DNA of 64,000 nt, taken from Octopus vulgaris (taxonomy: Eukaryota). The stretch covers positions 17,050,001 through 17,114,000 of the forward strand of contig OX597825.1 of NCBI GenBank assembly GCA_951406725.2. Direction: 5' to 3'. Numbering within the stretch: the first letter of the stretch is position 1; every line of letters starts with the position of its first letter. Positions 13,840 through 28,496 of the stretch are shown here, in pieces. A program made the translations under genes and the position numbers. The notes beneath the pieces are model-generated. The model worked only from the letters and a program-made list of their open reading frames with translations. It had not been told where the DNA came from and made no database searches.

Positions 13840-14062
13840 ATTAGTATTGTCGTGGCGCTAGTATTGTCAACATTATCGACAGTACATACTGAATGTCTAT
13901 GTTATAAGAATTCGCCGGTTCCATGTCGTTTAGCATTTTGGAGACGACTCCGTTATGGCTCTGGGTGTTAAAAGAATTGAAAGTCATAGACAGTCGGAAC
14001 ATCTCGCCTCCACTTTCATTCAGGAATGATGGATATTGATATTTCGGCACTTCCCTGAAACG

Positions 14063-14099
<37 letters not shown>

Positions 14100-14769
14100 T
14101 AACACTTGTATAAGCTTATCTGTTGCAGAGAATCTCAAGTGAAAATTCAATATGCAGCTAACGGAAAAGTATGAAAATATTAAAAGAAAGTTCCTAATAT
14201 TATATTAACAGAAGCAGAGGTAATTAAGAATTTTGTGTGGAATTTCACACCAAGATAACTTTCTTTTCGTGGAGAGGTCAACGGATTGCTAGATATATTT
14301 AGGATGCCGAAGCAGATACATATGGCTGTCATTTTAACGCCCGCAATTCCCCATTATATTTACTTTGATGTTTCAAAAGCAATTAAATTTTGTCGGGTGC
14401 AATTAGTAAAACTAGGTCACTGCCTGTAGCGCTTTGCTTTCCAAGTTTTAATGTATTTGTAAAAGTACAATCTCTGCTTTGAATGTTTGCATTAGCTTCC
14501 TTCAGATTACTCAATCGATTCGTTTGTAAATTTAAATGTCTCACTCTAAAAAGATTTTCTATTCGCATCAATGTCATTTCACCAAATGCAGCATGAAATC
14601 GACATTATGAATTTATATTAAATTATATAACAATGCATTGCGTATATAAATACGCATATTCGTTCGCTTGTGCATGCATACGTCAATCGATCCATAGATA
14701 CGTATGTGTATCCATGCGTTTGTATACGAATGTATCCTTAAGCTTGTGTCCCCAACCGCATAGTTACAA

Positions 14770-14975
14770 GTTGCACCTTCGGGAAGTGTTTACTACTATA
14801 TATAACCTTGGGTCGACCAAACTCTTGCGAAAGGATTTGGTAGACAGGAACCCGTCGTATACATTACGTCTATATTCCCCCCCTACCATCTCTTGACAAC
14901 CAGCGTTGTTGTATTTATGCTACCGTGATCTAGCGGGTCGGCAAAACGAACCTATAGAATAAGTAACAAGCTTAA
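14770..14975 (+). mobile_element. SINE family A, old internal fragment
   Basis: Contains ttgggtcgaccaa..ggatttggtagac..cttgacaacc..tagcgggtcggcaaaa..tagaataagta. Confidence 0.75.
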
Positions 14976-15059
14976 AAAATGCCCACCACCACCAAAAGAA
15001 AAAAATAAACTAAGACATATTGATGTCAGTTCATTTGACATATATATATACATATATAT

Positions 15060-15890
15060 AGTTATGGTATATTCTGTTTCTGTTAAGAATGTAGTAGAAT
15101 ACAGTATAAAACTCGTCCACATTCAGATTTAGCCTCTGCTGTCGAGTAGCAGTTTTATAGGCACTTCTAGGTTTCCATTCGGGTATTTGTCGTGTGCGAA
15201 AAGATAAGTGAAAAAAAATTGGAGTCAAAAGGTAGAAGTACATTTGGACATTTATCTTTTAATCACTAAATTTCTTTCCACGCAACGTAGTTCTCCAGAC
15301 GTGCAGGTACTTGATTATGCAACCGCTTGCCTGCGTTATGAATTCTAATTTCCTCAGCGATATGTAAATTTTGTCTCCGCAGTTCAAATTCTCGACTTCA
15401 AAATATCCTCTCTGTCCCTCGTTACCTAATTTTCGTAGAAGTCATTGTGTTTATCAAGGTGCGTTGCTGCCGAGAGACCGCCGGCAAACTGCTTTGAATG
15501 CGTTGATGTTGTGGTATGGTAATTCTGCTACTGTTAAAGTGGATGCCGATGCTAATCCCTTTAACAGTAGCAGAATCACCATTCCACTACATTTATACGT
15601 TGAAAGCAGTTTGCCAATGTTCCTTCGGCAACGACACACCTTGATAAATTCAGTGGCTGTTACTAACACCAGGCCACGACAGACAGTGACGATACTCTTG
15701 AACCCGAGTATTTGAAATTACGGAGACAATATTTACATATCGCCTGAGGAAAGAGAACTAGATCTCCATAATGCAGGGAAGCGATTGCTTAATTAAGTAC
15801 CTGCACACCGGGAGATTACGTTGCGTGGAAACAATTGTATTGATTAAAAAATAAGTGAATAACCGTACTCCTTGTGGTGTACGATTTGGC
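15060..15890. mobile_element. Back-to-back pair of hammerhead-bearing (Penelope pLTR/retrozyme-like) modules forming a ~630-bp imperfect palindrome, bounded by (TA)n
   Basis: 15237-15544 is the diverged reverse complement of 15555-15869. Each arm has CTGAGGA...GAAA. The left tail (15060-15235, minus) is homologous to 50480-50630. Confidence 0.7.
15738..15845 (+). ncRNA. Type I hammerhead-like motif with ~77-nt helix II
   Basis: atcgc CTGAGGA ..aac..atctcc..tgcagg..cctgca..ggagat..gtt.. GAAA CAATTG TA ttgat; nested complementary blocks inside helix II. Confidence 0.6.
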
Positions 15891-15892
<2 letters not shown>

Positions 15893-15976
<84 letters not shown>

Positions 15977-16023
15977 GCATATATAGATATATACATACAT
16001 ATGTATATATACGTTTAGGCACA

Positions 16024-16117
<94 letters not shown>
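15893..16117. repeat. (TA)n/(CA)n compound microsatellite
   Basis: Direct reading. Confidence 0.95.
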
Positions 16118-16119
<2 letters not shown>

Positions 16120-16474
16120 CACTTACATATATGCTCCACATACACACACGCGCTCATATATATGCTTTCGGTGCGAATATATACATATACAATAACCTAT
16201 ATATACTTATGTATTCAAAAATATGTAAAAACAGAACTGCATTTAGCTTCTATAAAATTAGTCATAAAACAAACTGATTAGCATATTTAAGCACTGTCGA
16301 TTAGACACAACTAAAATTTATTAGACATTCTACATTTCATTAATTACCGCCGAGCCTATGCTAAGGTATGCGGTATGGCATTCATATGCACATACATGCA
16401 CAAACATAATAATGCAGCATACATTAGTAAAGTTTTAAATAGCGTCACACATATTTATGGGAGCGGATAGATCG

Positions 16475-16558
16475 ATTGCATCGATCTCAGTGGAATTTGA
16501 ACTCAGAACGTAGCGACGGGCAAAATACCACTAAGCATTTCACTAACGATTCTAACGT
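16475..16558 (-). mobile_element. SINE family B, internally deleted fragment
   Basis: ggaatttgaactcagaacgtagcgacgggc-aaataccactaagcatttc is the reverse complement of the family B head. Confidence 0.75.
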
Positions 16559-16733
16559 TATACATATTCACACTGTAATGAAGTTAACTATGTAAACCAA
16601 GAGGCGTCTTGTCTTAAACAAAAGAACATTGCTGCTGAGATAGTGAGCATCACCATCGAAAAATTTATAATTAACCCCAGAGAATTACATACATACATAC
16701 ATACATATATACATACACACATACATACATGTA

Positions 16734-17139
16734 CGCATGAGTGGCTGGGTGGTAAGTAGCTTGCTTACCAACCACATGGTTCTGCGTGTTATCTTGGGCA
16801 AGTGTCTTCTACTATAGCCTCGAGCAGACCAAAGCTTTGTGAGTGGATTTGGTAGTTGGAAACTGAAAGAAATCTGTCACATATATGTATATGTATACGC
16901 ACACACACACACACACACTCACATACACATATATATATGTGTGTGTGTTTGTGTGCCTGTGATTGTCCCCCCAACATCGCTTGACAACCCATACTGGTGT
17001 GTTTACGTCCACATAACTTAGCTGTTCTGCAAAAGAGACCAATAGAATAAGTACTAGGCTTACAATGAATAACTCCTGGGATCGATTTGCTCGTTTCATG
17101 GCCGCAGTCAAATGATTGAAACAAGTAAAAGAGTAAAAG
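16734..17139 (+). mobile_element. SINE family A, near full length, with internal (TA/CA/TG)n
   Basis: Head gagtggctgggtggtaagtagcttgc; tail gaaacaagtaaaagagtaaaag. Confidence 0.92.
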
Positions 17140-17949
17140 TGTATACATGCATACAAACATACGCATGCCTACATATGTGGACATACATTCACACGTAAGG
17201 ATACACATAGAGAAGTATGATGCACCGACGTAAATATATATATGTATATATAAATACATGTATATGTAAATATACATATATATATAAGGATATGTATATA
17301 TATAGATATACGTATATATGTTGATATATATATATATATTATATTTATATTTGTGAATATGCATACATTCATACGTACAACCATACATAAATACATTTAC
17401 AGATACACACCTCTCTATCTGTATGTATATATGTATTTATATATGTATGTGTCCGATACTTTACTACTAACTAAAATCCGCATTATGTACTTTTAAAACG
17501 GATCAAGATAGTGTCGCCGCACTAATGGATAAATTAATGTTTCAAGTAGGATGGTTAAATATTAATAGTTTGGAGGAAAACACCGATGCATCCTGAAATT
17601 GTTTTGGATTGATAAGTGACATAAAAGAGCATGTGTTTAAGCAGGAGATTTATATCTGGAGCAAGTGGATTTGAAAATAGACAAGTTGCGGTCTTAACTA
17701 CCGAAGCATTATATCTGATTTAAATATTTCTGTGGCGTTTTCCATGTGATTTGCCGAATTGTGGGATAAAGTTACACAAGAGTATAAAGTTACTATACAC
17801 ATATATACATATATGTGTATATATATATATGTATATATATAAAGTTACACAAGGTATACAATTTTTTAAAAAGCTGAAGGAAACGGAGGAAGTCTTAGGA
17901 ATGCATGTGAATGGTTTTTCTGCATGGGAATTTAATTTGAAGTATAGAG

Positions 17950-18490
17950 GCGCCGAGGATATTTAGGATAACGGAGTTACTGGTTCGGCAGAAAATTTAA
18001 ACACATATCCATTAAAGGTGGCGTAAGCTTTATATCCATTGTCAAACATGTTCTTCATACGAATTGGAGTAAATTATGTTAAAAGATACGATTTAGTTTA
18101 TTTTTTACGTGTATATTTCCTTTAATATGTCAGGTATTCAGGTAGTTGAGATGCATTTCTATGGCAGGTTGTTGTACACTTTTGTTAGCAAAGTTTTTCG
18201 TGGCAACATGCGAATTTTGTTTTCTTAATGCTTTTATGGGACCAGAAGAAATGTTTGGCTTCATTGAGGCTTCAAGGTGGTTGTTTCAGCTTTGTAGACG
18301 ATACTTTCGTTCCTAGTTATATTTTTGTTAAAATATTTATTGCGTAAAATGTATCTTAGTTATCTGAAATTAAGCATCAAAAGTCGAGATGTGGAAAAAG
18401 TAAGTTATGTGGATGTTACAAATGTGTTTGTCAATTATAAAATTTGAAGTATTGGTTTTAACAACACTTGTGATTTCAGTTTAAGATATC
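17950..18490 (-). mobile_element. Decayed Penelope-like element fragment (linker plus GIY-YIG)
   Basis: Minus strand, in order: VKTNTSNFIIDKH (cf. VKTNIGK.FL.LIDKHF), ESIVYKAETT (GIY equivalent), KVYNN (cf. RYNNH), HRNASQLPEYL (cf. RNSTELSKYIW). Confidence 0.55.
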
Positions 18491-20139
18491 GAGAATGTCC
18501 TATGCAGATAGCTGCACATTTATTAAAATTATTAAATTAAAAAATTTTTTTTTCCTAGTCAAATGAGAAAAATAAAAAAAAAGATACAGTGGAATAGTTA
18601 GTCGTGTTTTAGTGAGAGACAAAACGAATAACCAAACTAAACTTATTAAAAACAAATAATTAGATAAGGATCTATGAAATGGTTAACTAAACATTTTAAG
18701 TCTACTTAAGTGCGCACAAGATAAATCTGGATCAAGTACACAACCACCCACACAACGTACACATATATAAGCATGTAAATATGTAAGTATATATATATAT
18801 AACAAAGTAAAATTGGAAGGTACCGTACGAGTGAAAATATATAAGAAAGAGGATTTGAAAAATGCAGAGGTCTTTTAAAGATGTCTATTGACTTGACCGG
18901 TTTCACTTAAAAAAAAAAGATTATGAAATGTAAAATTGAAGGCTCTGTGTTGAAAAATGGTTAACATTGATGTATTAAAATACAGTGATAGATTCTTTGA
19001 CAATGATAAGAAAAATGTTAAGAGGGGCTTAGTGTTTAAAGAGTTAACATAAAAGTGTTCAAAATAGGTAAGAAAATAAATTCATAATTATTTATAAGTT
19101 CATCAAAAAACATGATTGTATATAAGGATACATATATACAGAAAGAATTTGTTGACAGTATTTGATAAGAGAAAACGTGTATTGCTTAGTCAAAACATCA
19201 TCACAAATTATATATGAAATTTTATACAGAATTTTAGGGGAATGGCGTACGTTTTTTTCTTTTTCTCCAGTCTTTTATGTGTGTTTGGCAAGGATGGTTG
19301 ATGGTTTTAGAAATAGTGTGGGAGGATTGTTGGTGAGGGAAAGCGATCACATGATCTGATTTCGCATAGTCTGTGGAATCAGAAGTGGTTTTTGAACTGG
19401 TTTTAGAGTTCAAGATGATTTAAATATGTGTGTTTGTGTGTGTTTGTATGTGTGTGTGCACGGTTCTCTGTTTCTGTGTATATATATATATGCTTGTATA
19501 TATGTGTTGTTGTTTTCGACTGGTCTTAGAGTTCAGTGTGGTGTCTGTCTATGTATGGTTCTGTGTATTTATTTGTTTTATATTTAGCAGCATGGTTTGC
19601 GTATATGTGTGTACGTTTGTGTGTGTGTATGCGTGTGATTTGTATTTGACAGTGGGTTGTGTATGTTTGCGTGTGTCTACGTGTACTTCTGTGTGTACAT
19701 GCATATATTTGTATGTGTTGTGTGCGTGCACGTGAGTATATGTGTGTGCGTGTCTCTGTGTATGTTTGCCATGTTTTAATTGTCCCGCTGGTGTATGTGC
19801 GTCATAAGTATGTGTGTGTGCTGGTGCATATGTATGTATGTGTGTGAGTGTGTTGTATTTGTCAGGGGCTCTGTGTGTGTCCTTGTGTTACGCTTACAAG
19901 GTACTGTGTATGTGTGTGCGTGTATGTACTCTGTGTGTTTGTATATCTGTGTGTGTTTGTTGTGGATGTGTACCTGAGGGGTAAGGGTAGGGGCATTGTG
20001 CTTATGGGTCGGCAGTGCAAGTATATTTTTTTGAGATGGTAGAGTATGTTGAGTTGTGGTCTGTACTTTTAAATAAGGATATACTTATCGAAGTCAATAA
20101 ACAACTTAAAAAGATCTCTTCAGTTTCAAATCACCTTCC

Positions 20140-20140
20140 C

Positions 20141-20217
<77 letters not shown>

Positions 20218-20264
20218 ATATATATATATGTACATATATAATTATATATGTATATATGTATGTA

Positions 20265-20315
<51 letters not shown>

Positions 20316-20385
20316 GATATATATTTATATATATATACATATATACATATAAATACATACATATACAGATATACGTATACATAGA
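20140..20385. repeat. (CA)n(TA)n(TG)n compound microsatellite
   Basis: Direct reading. Confidence 0.95.
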
Positions 20386-21370
20386 TTTAAAGACCAAAAA
20401 ACGTTATACATAATATCATGCAAAAGATACACTTCATCCATATTACAATTATTCCCCTTTCAATAGATGACTACAAACAAATCAATGTTGGTAATCGGAA
20501 AAACTCCAAATGACAGAGAGAGGGGGTGAGAGAGAGAGAGAGAGAGGGAGAGAGAAAGAGAGAGAGAGAGAGAATCTGTAAGTGGACGGAAACATAACTA
20601 TTCATGCACGTAGTGATAAGAATATATTTTCCGTCACTGGTAAAAGAATTCTGTATGTAAAATGGCAATTTGAAATGTTTGTAACGAGCGAAAAATCATG
20701 ATGTGTTATAAGTGCAAATCCTGGATAATAGTGAATCATAGGAATGTTTTTTTTTGCTTCTGCACACAAAATGGTAGTCCAGAATGATTGGTAATGGGGA
20801 ACATCCACCTGTTTATTGTTGTGCAGGTAATTTCCAATACAAAGATAATAGCTGAAAAGTTTGGGGGAATATAGAGAAGACACGCCGCGAATACTAAAAG
20901 GTGATTCTCTTTTCGGGACTCTCCTCTAAATATGCTGTATTTTGCTATCATGTATGAGCGCCCAGCTTCTTATTCTTAATGCAACGTTTTACGTAAATTC
21001 ATTAAAACGAGTAATGAGAAATAAAAGACAAATAAAAATGGATAATATGAGACCTTAAACACTCTGAAATATGTTTCCAGGATATACACACTATGAATCT
21101 TTGAAAATGGAAAATAACCAACCATAACATTTATTTTCATAACAAAATAATAAACATGTTCCTGTGCTCACCTGAACAAATAATTCTATGATTATGGTTC
21201 AACTTATAAATATAATATATAAATAATGTTGGAGCAAGGGTGATGCGGGTAGTAGAAATCCGTGAACGTCAACACGTAAGACTCAGCTGAATTAGGCACT
21301 TACGTTGAGGCACCAGCTCGAAGTTAGGTGAATTAAAAGCATTTAAGTAACAAGGATGTCAAGGTAACAG

Positions 21371-21415
21371 TGCATTACGGCCGTTTCAAGCGACTCCATT
21401 TAATCGATCAATGCA
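21371..21415 (-). ncRNA. Decayed hammerhead-like motif
   Basis: Minus strand: tgcat tgatcga ... GAAA CGGCCG TA atgca. Helix I (tgcat/atgca) and the palindromic helix III are intact; the CUGANGA box is mutated. Confidence 0.45.
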
Positions 21416-21498
21416 AACATTACATCAGTTTGAAATAAATCGTTCTTCTTGGTCAGATACGAAGGATACATGGGCATTCTTGGAAATTATTTGCCATG

Positions 21499-21605
<107 letters not shown>

Positions 21606-21773
21606 ATATTACCTCTTCTCACCTGCATTCTCTCCTCATTTATTTCTGCAGAAGATCATAATATCGAAACCTCAAAAATTTATATTTTTCCTAACCATAA
21701 AACTAACACTTTGTTGGCTCCTCATGTATTTATGTCATTTGTTGTTATTATTTTTACATAACGTTTTGAACTG

Positions 21774-21880
<107 letters not shown>

Positions 21881-21911
21881 ACATGCATGTATATATGTAT
21901 GTATCTATCTA

Positions 21912-21946
<35 letters not shown>

Positions 21947-22781
21947 TATGTAAACACTAAAACACGTAAATGGATGGAAGTAATCACTGTTAATATAAAC
22001 TACAGACAGACGTCAGTACTTAATCTTATGCATACAATTTGAAGTACGTTAATGTTATATACAAATTGTATCCATATCTTGTAAAACCACCACAACCGAA
22101 AAATAAAACTACTGTGGATATCGAAAATAGCGATAAATGCAAAATTACAAGACAATAATAAACTGAGCTAAAAAAAATACGTAAATATAATAAGAAAAAA
22201 AAAAGGCTTTCGTGCACAATGTTACAAAATCAAATCTCAGAGATACTTTTAATAAAATATAAATTTTTCCTTAAAACATGAAATGTACCATACATGAAAT
22301 ACATCATACGATCAGAAGTGCAAAATATCCCTTAATAAAACCATAATTGGATTTAAGATAGATATAATTTTTTAACGAAAAGAAGAGGAAAACATGAGCA
22401 TCAAAATAAATTGCATGGAACTTGCGAAAAATTTATGCTAATTTAATTTAAAAAAATATTAAATTATATATAAAAATATAAGAAACAGGGAAAATGCCCT
22501 TAAGATGGCTACAAAGTGAATATCAGTATGCAAACAATAAAAGGAACAGCCATAAATAATAAAAAAATATACCAAATAGATGGTTATAAATGAAGAGAGA
22601 CAGAGACAAACAGCGGTGCTCACAGTACGATCGCTATGTCATGAAACTTCGTGTCGAGGAAAGAATACAGTAAAAATGAAACTATATATATATAAATGTG
22701 TGTGTGTGAGTGTATATATATATGTATATATATATATATTTTAATCATATATATATATATACGTATGTATGTATATATTTA

Positions 22782-22821
<40 letters not shown>

Positions 22822-22826
22822 GTGTG

Positions 22827-22866
<40 letters not shown>

Positions 22867-23299
22867 AGTACACACTTTTGTCATTTGACTATAATAAGTT
22901 AGCAAATACACACAAACACGCACGCAGACACACACAAACAATACAAACACACGCACTCACACATACACACACTCACACACGCACACACACACACACGCAC
23001 GCGCACACTCTCACATATATGTTATATACTCGCGGATATTGACAGATATCTGCAGCCGTGGTGTATAAGTGCATTTGTGTGATATTTGTAATATTTCATA
23101 CTGTATGTCCTGCTGTAAACACGCGTATATGCATTTAGACTGATATCAAAGATCGATTTATGTGATGATCAAAGAATTTTTGAAATCAAAATATCTCTCT
23201 GTATATATTAATATATGTAATATGGCATTGTATCCGTGTGGATACTATATCTAAAACGCTGTGATAAACAGATACATATGCGTATACACGTATACATAT

Positions 23300-23344
<45 letters not shown>

Positions 23345-23346
23345 AG

Positions 23347-23416
<70 letters not shown>

Positions 23417-23812
23417 GTAGATAGATGTAGATCGTGATAGATATACAAACGAACAAAGTCATACATATATACGCGCTCTCAAGCATATGTAATTTTTTCT
23501 TCTGAACATAAATGTATGTACATACATACACTGATACAGGCAACGGCAAAAAAGCCATAAATAAGAAAAAAAAATTAAGTAATGACGTACATATAAAGAA
23601 CACGCTATCGTAGGAATTTATGACTTACATATACAGACAGCTATATGTAATACTGTCATTATACATACACATTCACAGACACATACATACACATAGGCAC
23701 ATACGTCTATACATACATGCATACATACATACAAACATACATATTTATATACATTAATCATTAATAATTTTATATACATTCATATATATATATGAATATA
23801 TATATATAAATA

Positions 23813-23860
<48 letters not shown>

Positions 23861-23990
23861 TGTGTGTGTATATCTATAATTGTATATTCGCATATAATGT
23901 TTATTCAGGCATATATGTTTGTAAATATATGCGTGTATTGTTTACTACAAAAGTTCAAACAATCCTCCTGTTCATATATACGTGCGTGTA

Positions 23991-24038
<48 letters not shown>

Positions 24039-24160
24039 AAATATTTGTGTGTGTATGTATATTTATATGTAAATGTATATATATATAGATATGTATATAT
24101 ATATAGGTATACATATACATATATATACATATTTATGCAAAAAATATAAACGTGTATATA

Positions 24161-24217
<57 letters not shown>

Positions 24218-24335
24218 GGGTATATACACACTATATATATGCGTAATCATATTCACGTACGGAAGACTTTTTTTTACATCTATTCATAAGGAGATAGATG
24301 AAAACTGAATAGTTTATAAACAGATACTAGAACTG

Positions 24336-24369
<34 letters not shown>

Positions 24370-24559
24370 CACACACATATGCTCACGTAGAGACGCCTAT
24401 CTGCATATAACGACACACCCACTGACAAACTTTGACAGATAAATGCAGACGCAAACACTCGTGTAAGCACAAATTTCTTATGAATCCGCACATTTATATT
24501 GAAACACACCGATACAAGGACAAACATGCATAAATATATATCAATTCAGCTATGTATCT

Positions 24560-24870
<311 letters not shown>

Positions 24871-25432
24871 TGTATGTGTGAGTGTGGGATTGGGGATGGG
24901 CATGTTTGTAGCTCTTATATGCATTAAGTATGAAGAAATGGGGGAAGAAATGAGATTAAGCCAGTTGATTTTGATATAGAGAATGAAAGGCAGAGAGATT
25001 GCAAGATGTTGGCAATTGCTTAGTAACGGATTTGCAACATAAAGATATATATCAAGTATAAGATATGTGAAGATACGAATCTTTGAAAAAAAAAAACAAA
25101 CAAAAACTGTATGACAGTATTCAGATATGCCGACCGAAAAACAGATATTGATATAGAAAAAGTCTCATTTAGAAAACATAATCATAAATATATGTTTATT
25201 TTTTCCTTTCTGGGTATATGTACGTGTTTGAGAATGTTTATATTCACGTACTATTTTATATATGTAAACATATACATACCTCAAATAATATTAATTACAT
25301 ATTCAAACACACACGCATACTTATATTTAAAGGCGCACGCACAAAGAAACTAGAGAATTTGTAATGATATAGATATCTAGATTGCTAAGCAAATAAACCA
25401 AGTGATTACTGGCTAGTTAACATTCTGCAAAT

Positions 25433-25499
<67 letters not shown>

Positions 25500-25704
25500 A
25501 AGATAGCTAGATAGCTAGATATAGATAGGTATCTATGTCATTTTTGTTAGTCACTGTGCTTACCTGTTGATCTGCGCGTGTGTTTTACATACATATATCT
25601 ATATGTATCTAATCAATCTTTGTATATATCAAATGTCTAACCCACTATCTACCAAATACTAATTATTTAGCATACAGCTTTTAACGTCAGCAACTGATGC
25701 ATAC

Positions 25705-25767
<63 letters not shown>

Positions 25768-25832
25768 TATGTATATATACATTATATATATATATGTATG
25801 TACATAAATGTATAGATAGATATGTAATATGA

Positions 25833-25866
<34 letters not shown>

Positions 25867-25989
25867 TCACACACACACGCGTACAGACAGACATACATTT
25901 ATATAGTATATATATGGTATTGCAAGCATTACTTAATTCAGTTACTCAATATTGAAAGATTTTTCTAATAGTTACAAAGTATATAAACA

Positions 25990-26140
25990 ATTGTGTGTTA
26001 TAAAGTTTGCTTCCCAAACACATGGCTCTTGTTTCAGTTTCACAGCGTGGAACCCTGGACAAGAGTCAGGCCGACCCAAATATTGTGAGTGGGTTTGGTA
26101 GACGGAAATTGACAGAAGCCAGTTGTATGTATATATATAT
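25990..26140 (+). mobile_element. SINE family A, 5' half, split by a Penelope-like insertion
   Basis: aagtttgcttcccaaacacatgg..ggccgaccc..gtgagtgggtttggtagacggaaattgacagaagcc, ending in the internal (TA)n. Confidence 0.8.
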
Positions 26141-26145
26141 ACGTA

Positions 26146-26942
26146 AATGTCGAACGATGAAAATGTGTGCTCAACACCATTTTGCTGGATATAATTTATT
26201 TCTTTGTAAATTAAGGCCACATGGTTTCATGTTAAGAAATGAAGGAAAACATCCTAGTTTCTTAACAACTCCTTAAGCCGAACACATGGAAAAAAGGCGT
26301 TCGCCTCCATTTTAGAAAATAGATCCTCATTTAGTTCGCAGAGCCGCTCGTGAACACTTGTGAATACAGCAATAAACCAAGGGATTTTACTCACTGGTCG
26401 TATCTTTTGAATGTTTGTCTCCTTTGGATTTGCCTTTTGAGCAAACTGTCGTGGTCAAATTGTTTGCTTTATTCTGTTTATATTCTGTGTGTGGTATTCT
26501 TATCCTTGTGTTGGAGCATATTTCTCCTGTGTGTGGAGTTTTTGTGCTATGTGTCTTCAGATTTCACGTTCAGGAAAGGGGCTATCCTAGTGAGTGGGAT
26601 TACTGTCGTTAAGGATGGTTCTTATTTTAAATATGTGAGTGTAAAATATGGCTTGTGTATACAGAGAAGGTTTCATCCCTAACGTTTAATATGTTATCTG
26701 TTAATTGTATAATATTTAGCTTTTCAGTAATACAGAATTCACATTTGGTACCCTGTCCTGTTTATACTTTTTTGGCTTTAGCGATAATTTTCCATTCTTC
26801 TCAAGAGTGTTGCTTATTACACCTTCTTTCAATGTCCATATCATATATGACAGCGATGTTGCATGTTTTTTTTTTGTCTCTGAATGATGCTACATGATGT
26901 GTATACCTTTCCTTGAACGAGTTGCCGTCATTCCGATATACG
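26146..26942 (-). mobile_element. Penelope-like element 3' fragment: GIY-YIG endonuclease C-terminal half plus non-coding tail
   Basis: Minus strand: YIGMT.NSFKERYTHHVASFRD..HATSLSYMIWTLKEGNK..WKIIAKAKK..KCEFCITEKLNII..ILNVRDE. This matches the PLE pattern YIG.T..FK.RY.NH..SF...T.LSKYIW.LK...W.I...C.LCL.EK..I...LN.R.E. Confidence 0.88.
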
Positions 26943-26944
26943 TA

Positions 26945-27195
26945 TTTATATGTATATGTTTATCTCTTTATGTCTTCGTCCGTTCCCCCACTATCGCTTG
27001 ACAACCGATGTTGGTGTGTTTACATCCCCTTCGCCTAGCAGTTTTTCAAGAGCGACCGATAGAATAATTATTAGGTTCACAAAGAATAGGACCTGGTGTA
27101 GATTTCTTCGACAAAATATCCCCTTAACGCATTGCCCCAGCATGGAGTATTCCAGCAACTATGTGAGTGAATGAGTGAAGAAAATAAGAGAATAA
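26945..27195 (+). mobile_element. SINE family A, 3' half, continuation of 25990-26140
   Basis: ccccactatcgcttgacaaccgatgttggtgtgtttacatcccc..gaccgatagaataa..caaagaatag..ccagcatgg. Confidence 0.82.
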
Positions 27196-28145
27196 ACTAA
27201 CAGTGTGTATTTTGTGTGTAGGCGTTTGCATTGATAAGTTTTACTAATACACGTGTTCTTGGCTAATCCGTATAGAACACTTTGCCTTTAGATGTGCTGT
27301 TCACTATTTGCAGTTTAGTTTCTGATTTAGATTCTTATAAAGTATTTTTCCTTTGTCTTTCGTAGTTCATCATTTTCGTCTCTTATTTTGTAAGAACAAA
27401 AGTGTTAGCATGACATAAATTTTATACAGCTGTATGTAAGTGTGTCGTAGTGTAACTTCATATTTTAAAACCTTTTTAGAGAATATCCACTGAACATCTA
27501 CTGATGTGACACAGAGTTGACAGTGGAATAAGTTTCACCATGTGCTTGTTGAAATAATGGAAGGTTATCTTTCTCTATGTATTTATTTATATTGAAGGCA
27601 GCGTTATCAAAATATGGCGTACGCATAATCATTATTCTTGCTAAAGTATCTAGAGGCAATGTGTTTTTTATTATGATAATCATAGTATAATAAATTATTG
27701 ATTGAAGGCCAAGAAACACTTTACACAAAGGATTTAACGATATACTCATAAAATTGTATTAGAAACCGACATACCTATATATCTATTTAGAAATTCCACA
27801 CGAATGCTCTGAGGATGTGAGAATAAATCGTTTGTTTTTTAAATAAGTCCATTTACAAACTCCTCTGAACCACGTCACGATCGAGGAAATAATCATGATG
27901 CCTGTGATGAACCACAAAAATATGCGCATGGATTTGTTACACACAAACAATTCGCAACATGGAGTAGTGTTTAGGATTTTTCAAATGGATTGTTTGAGAG
28001 GTTGTTTGAGAGGAAACAGAAAAACCTAAGTGGGATAGGAGTTCTGACATTCAGAAGAAACTGGGTCGCTTTGGATTATCTCTTTGATTGGTGTTTCAGC
28101 TCGCATCGAATTACATATGCATACATACGTGCACACGTACACACA

Positions 28146-28183
<38 letters not shown>

Positions 28184-28496
28184 ATGCATACATACGAACA
28201 CACACACACATATATATATAGACATACATACATACACATACAAATCTGCACGTATACATACATACAAATATAGCCTGTTGTTGATGTTGAAATTCCAATG
28301 AAGGAGCCTCGTTTCTTGGTTACAAATCAGAACTTTCTCTATTGGCAAGCAATTATGACATAAAACTGAATAAGGACATACATACATACATAGATACATT
28401 CATACATATATACATTACATATATATATACATATATACATACACAAACACGCACGCACACATACACACATACAATGAGGGCGCAGAGCAAAGAATT

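Noticed and set aside
16789-17156. Recurrent ORF 'family' (e.g. DGLLSVS..QIHSQGFG..EAIVEDTCPR) at many loci
   Set aside because: These are chance open frames in SINE A copies, not a gene family.
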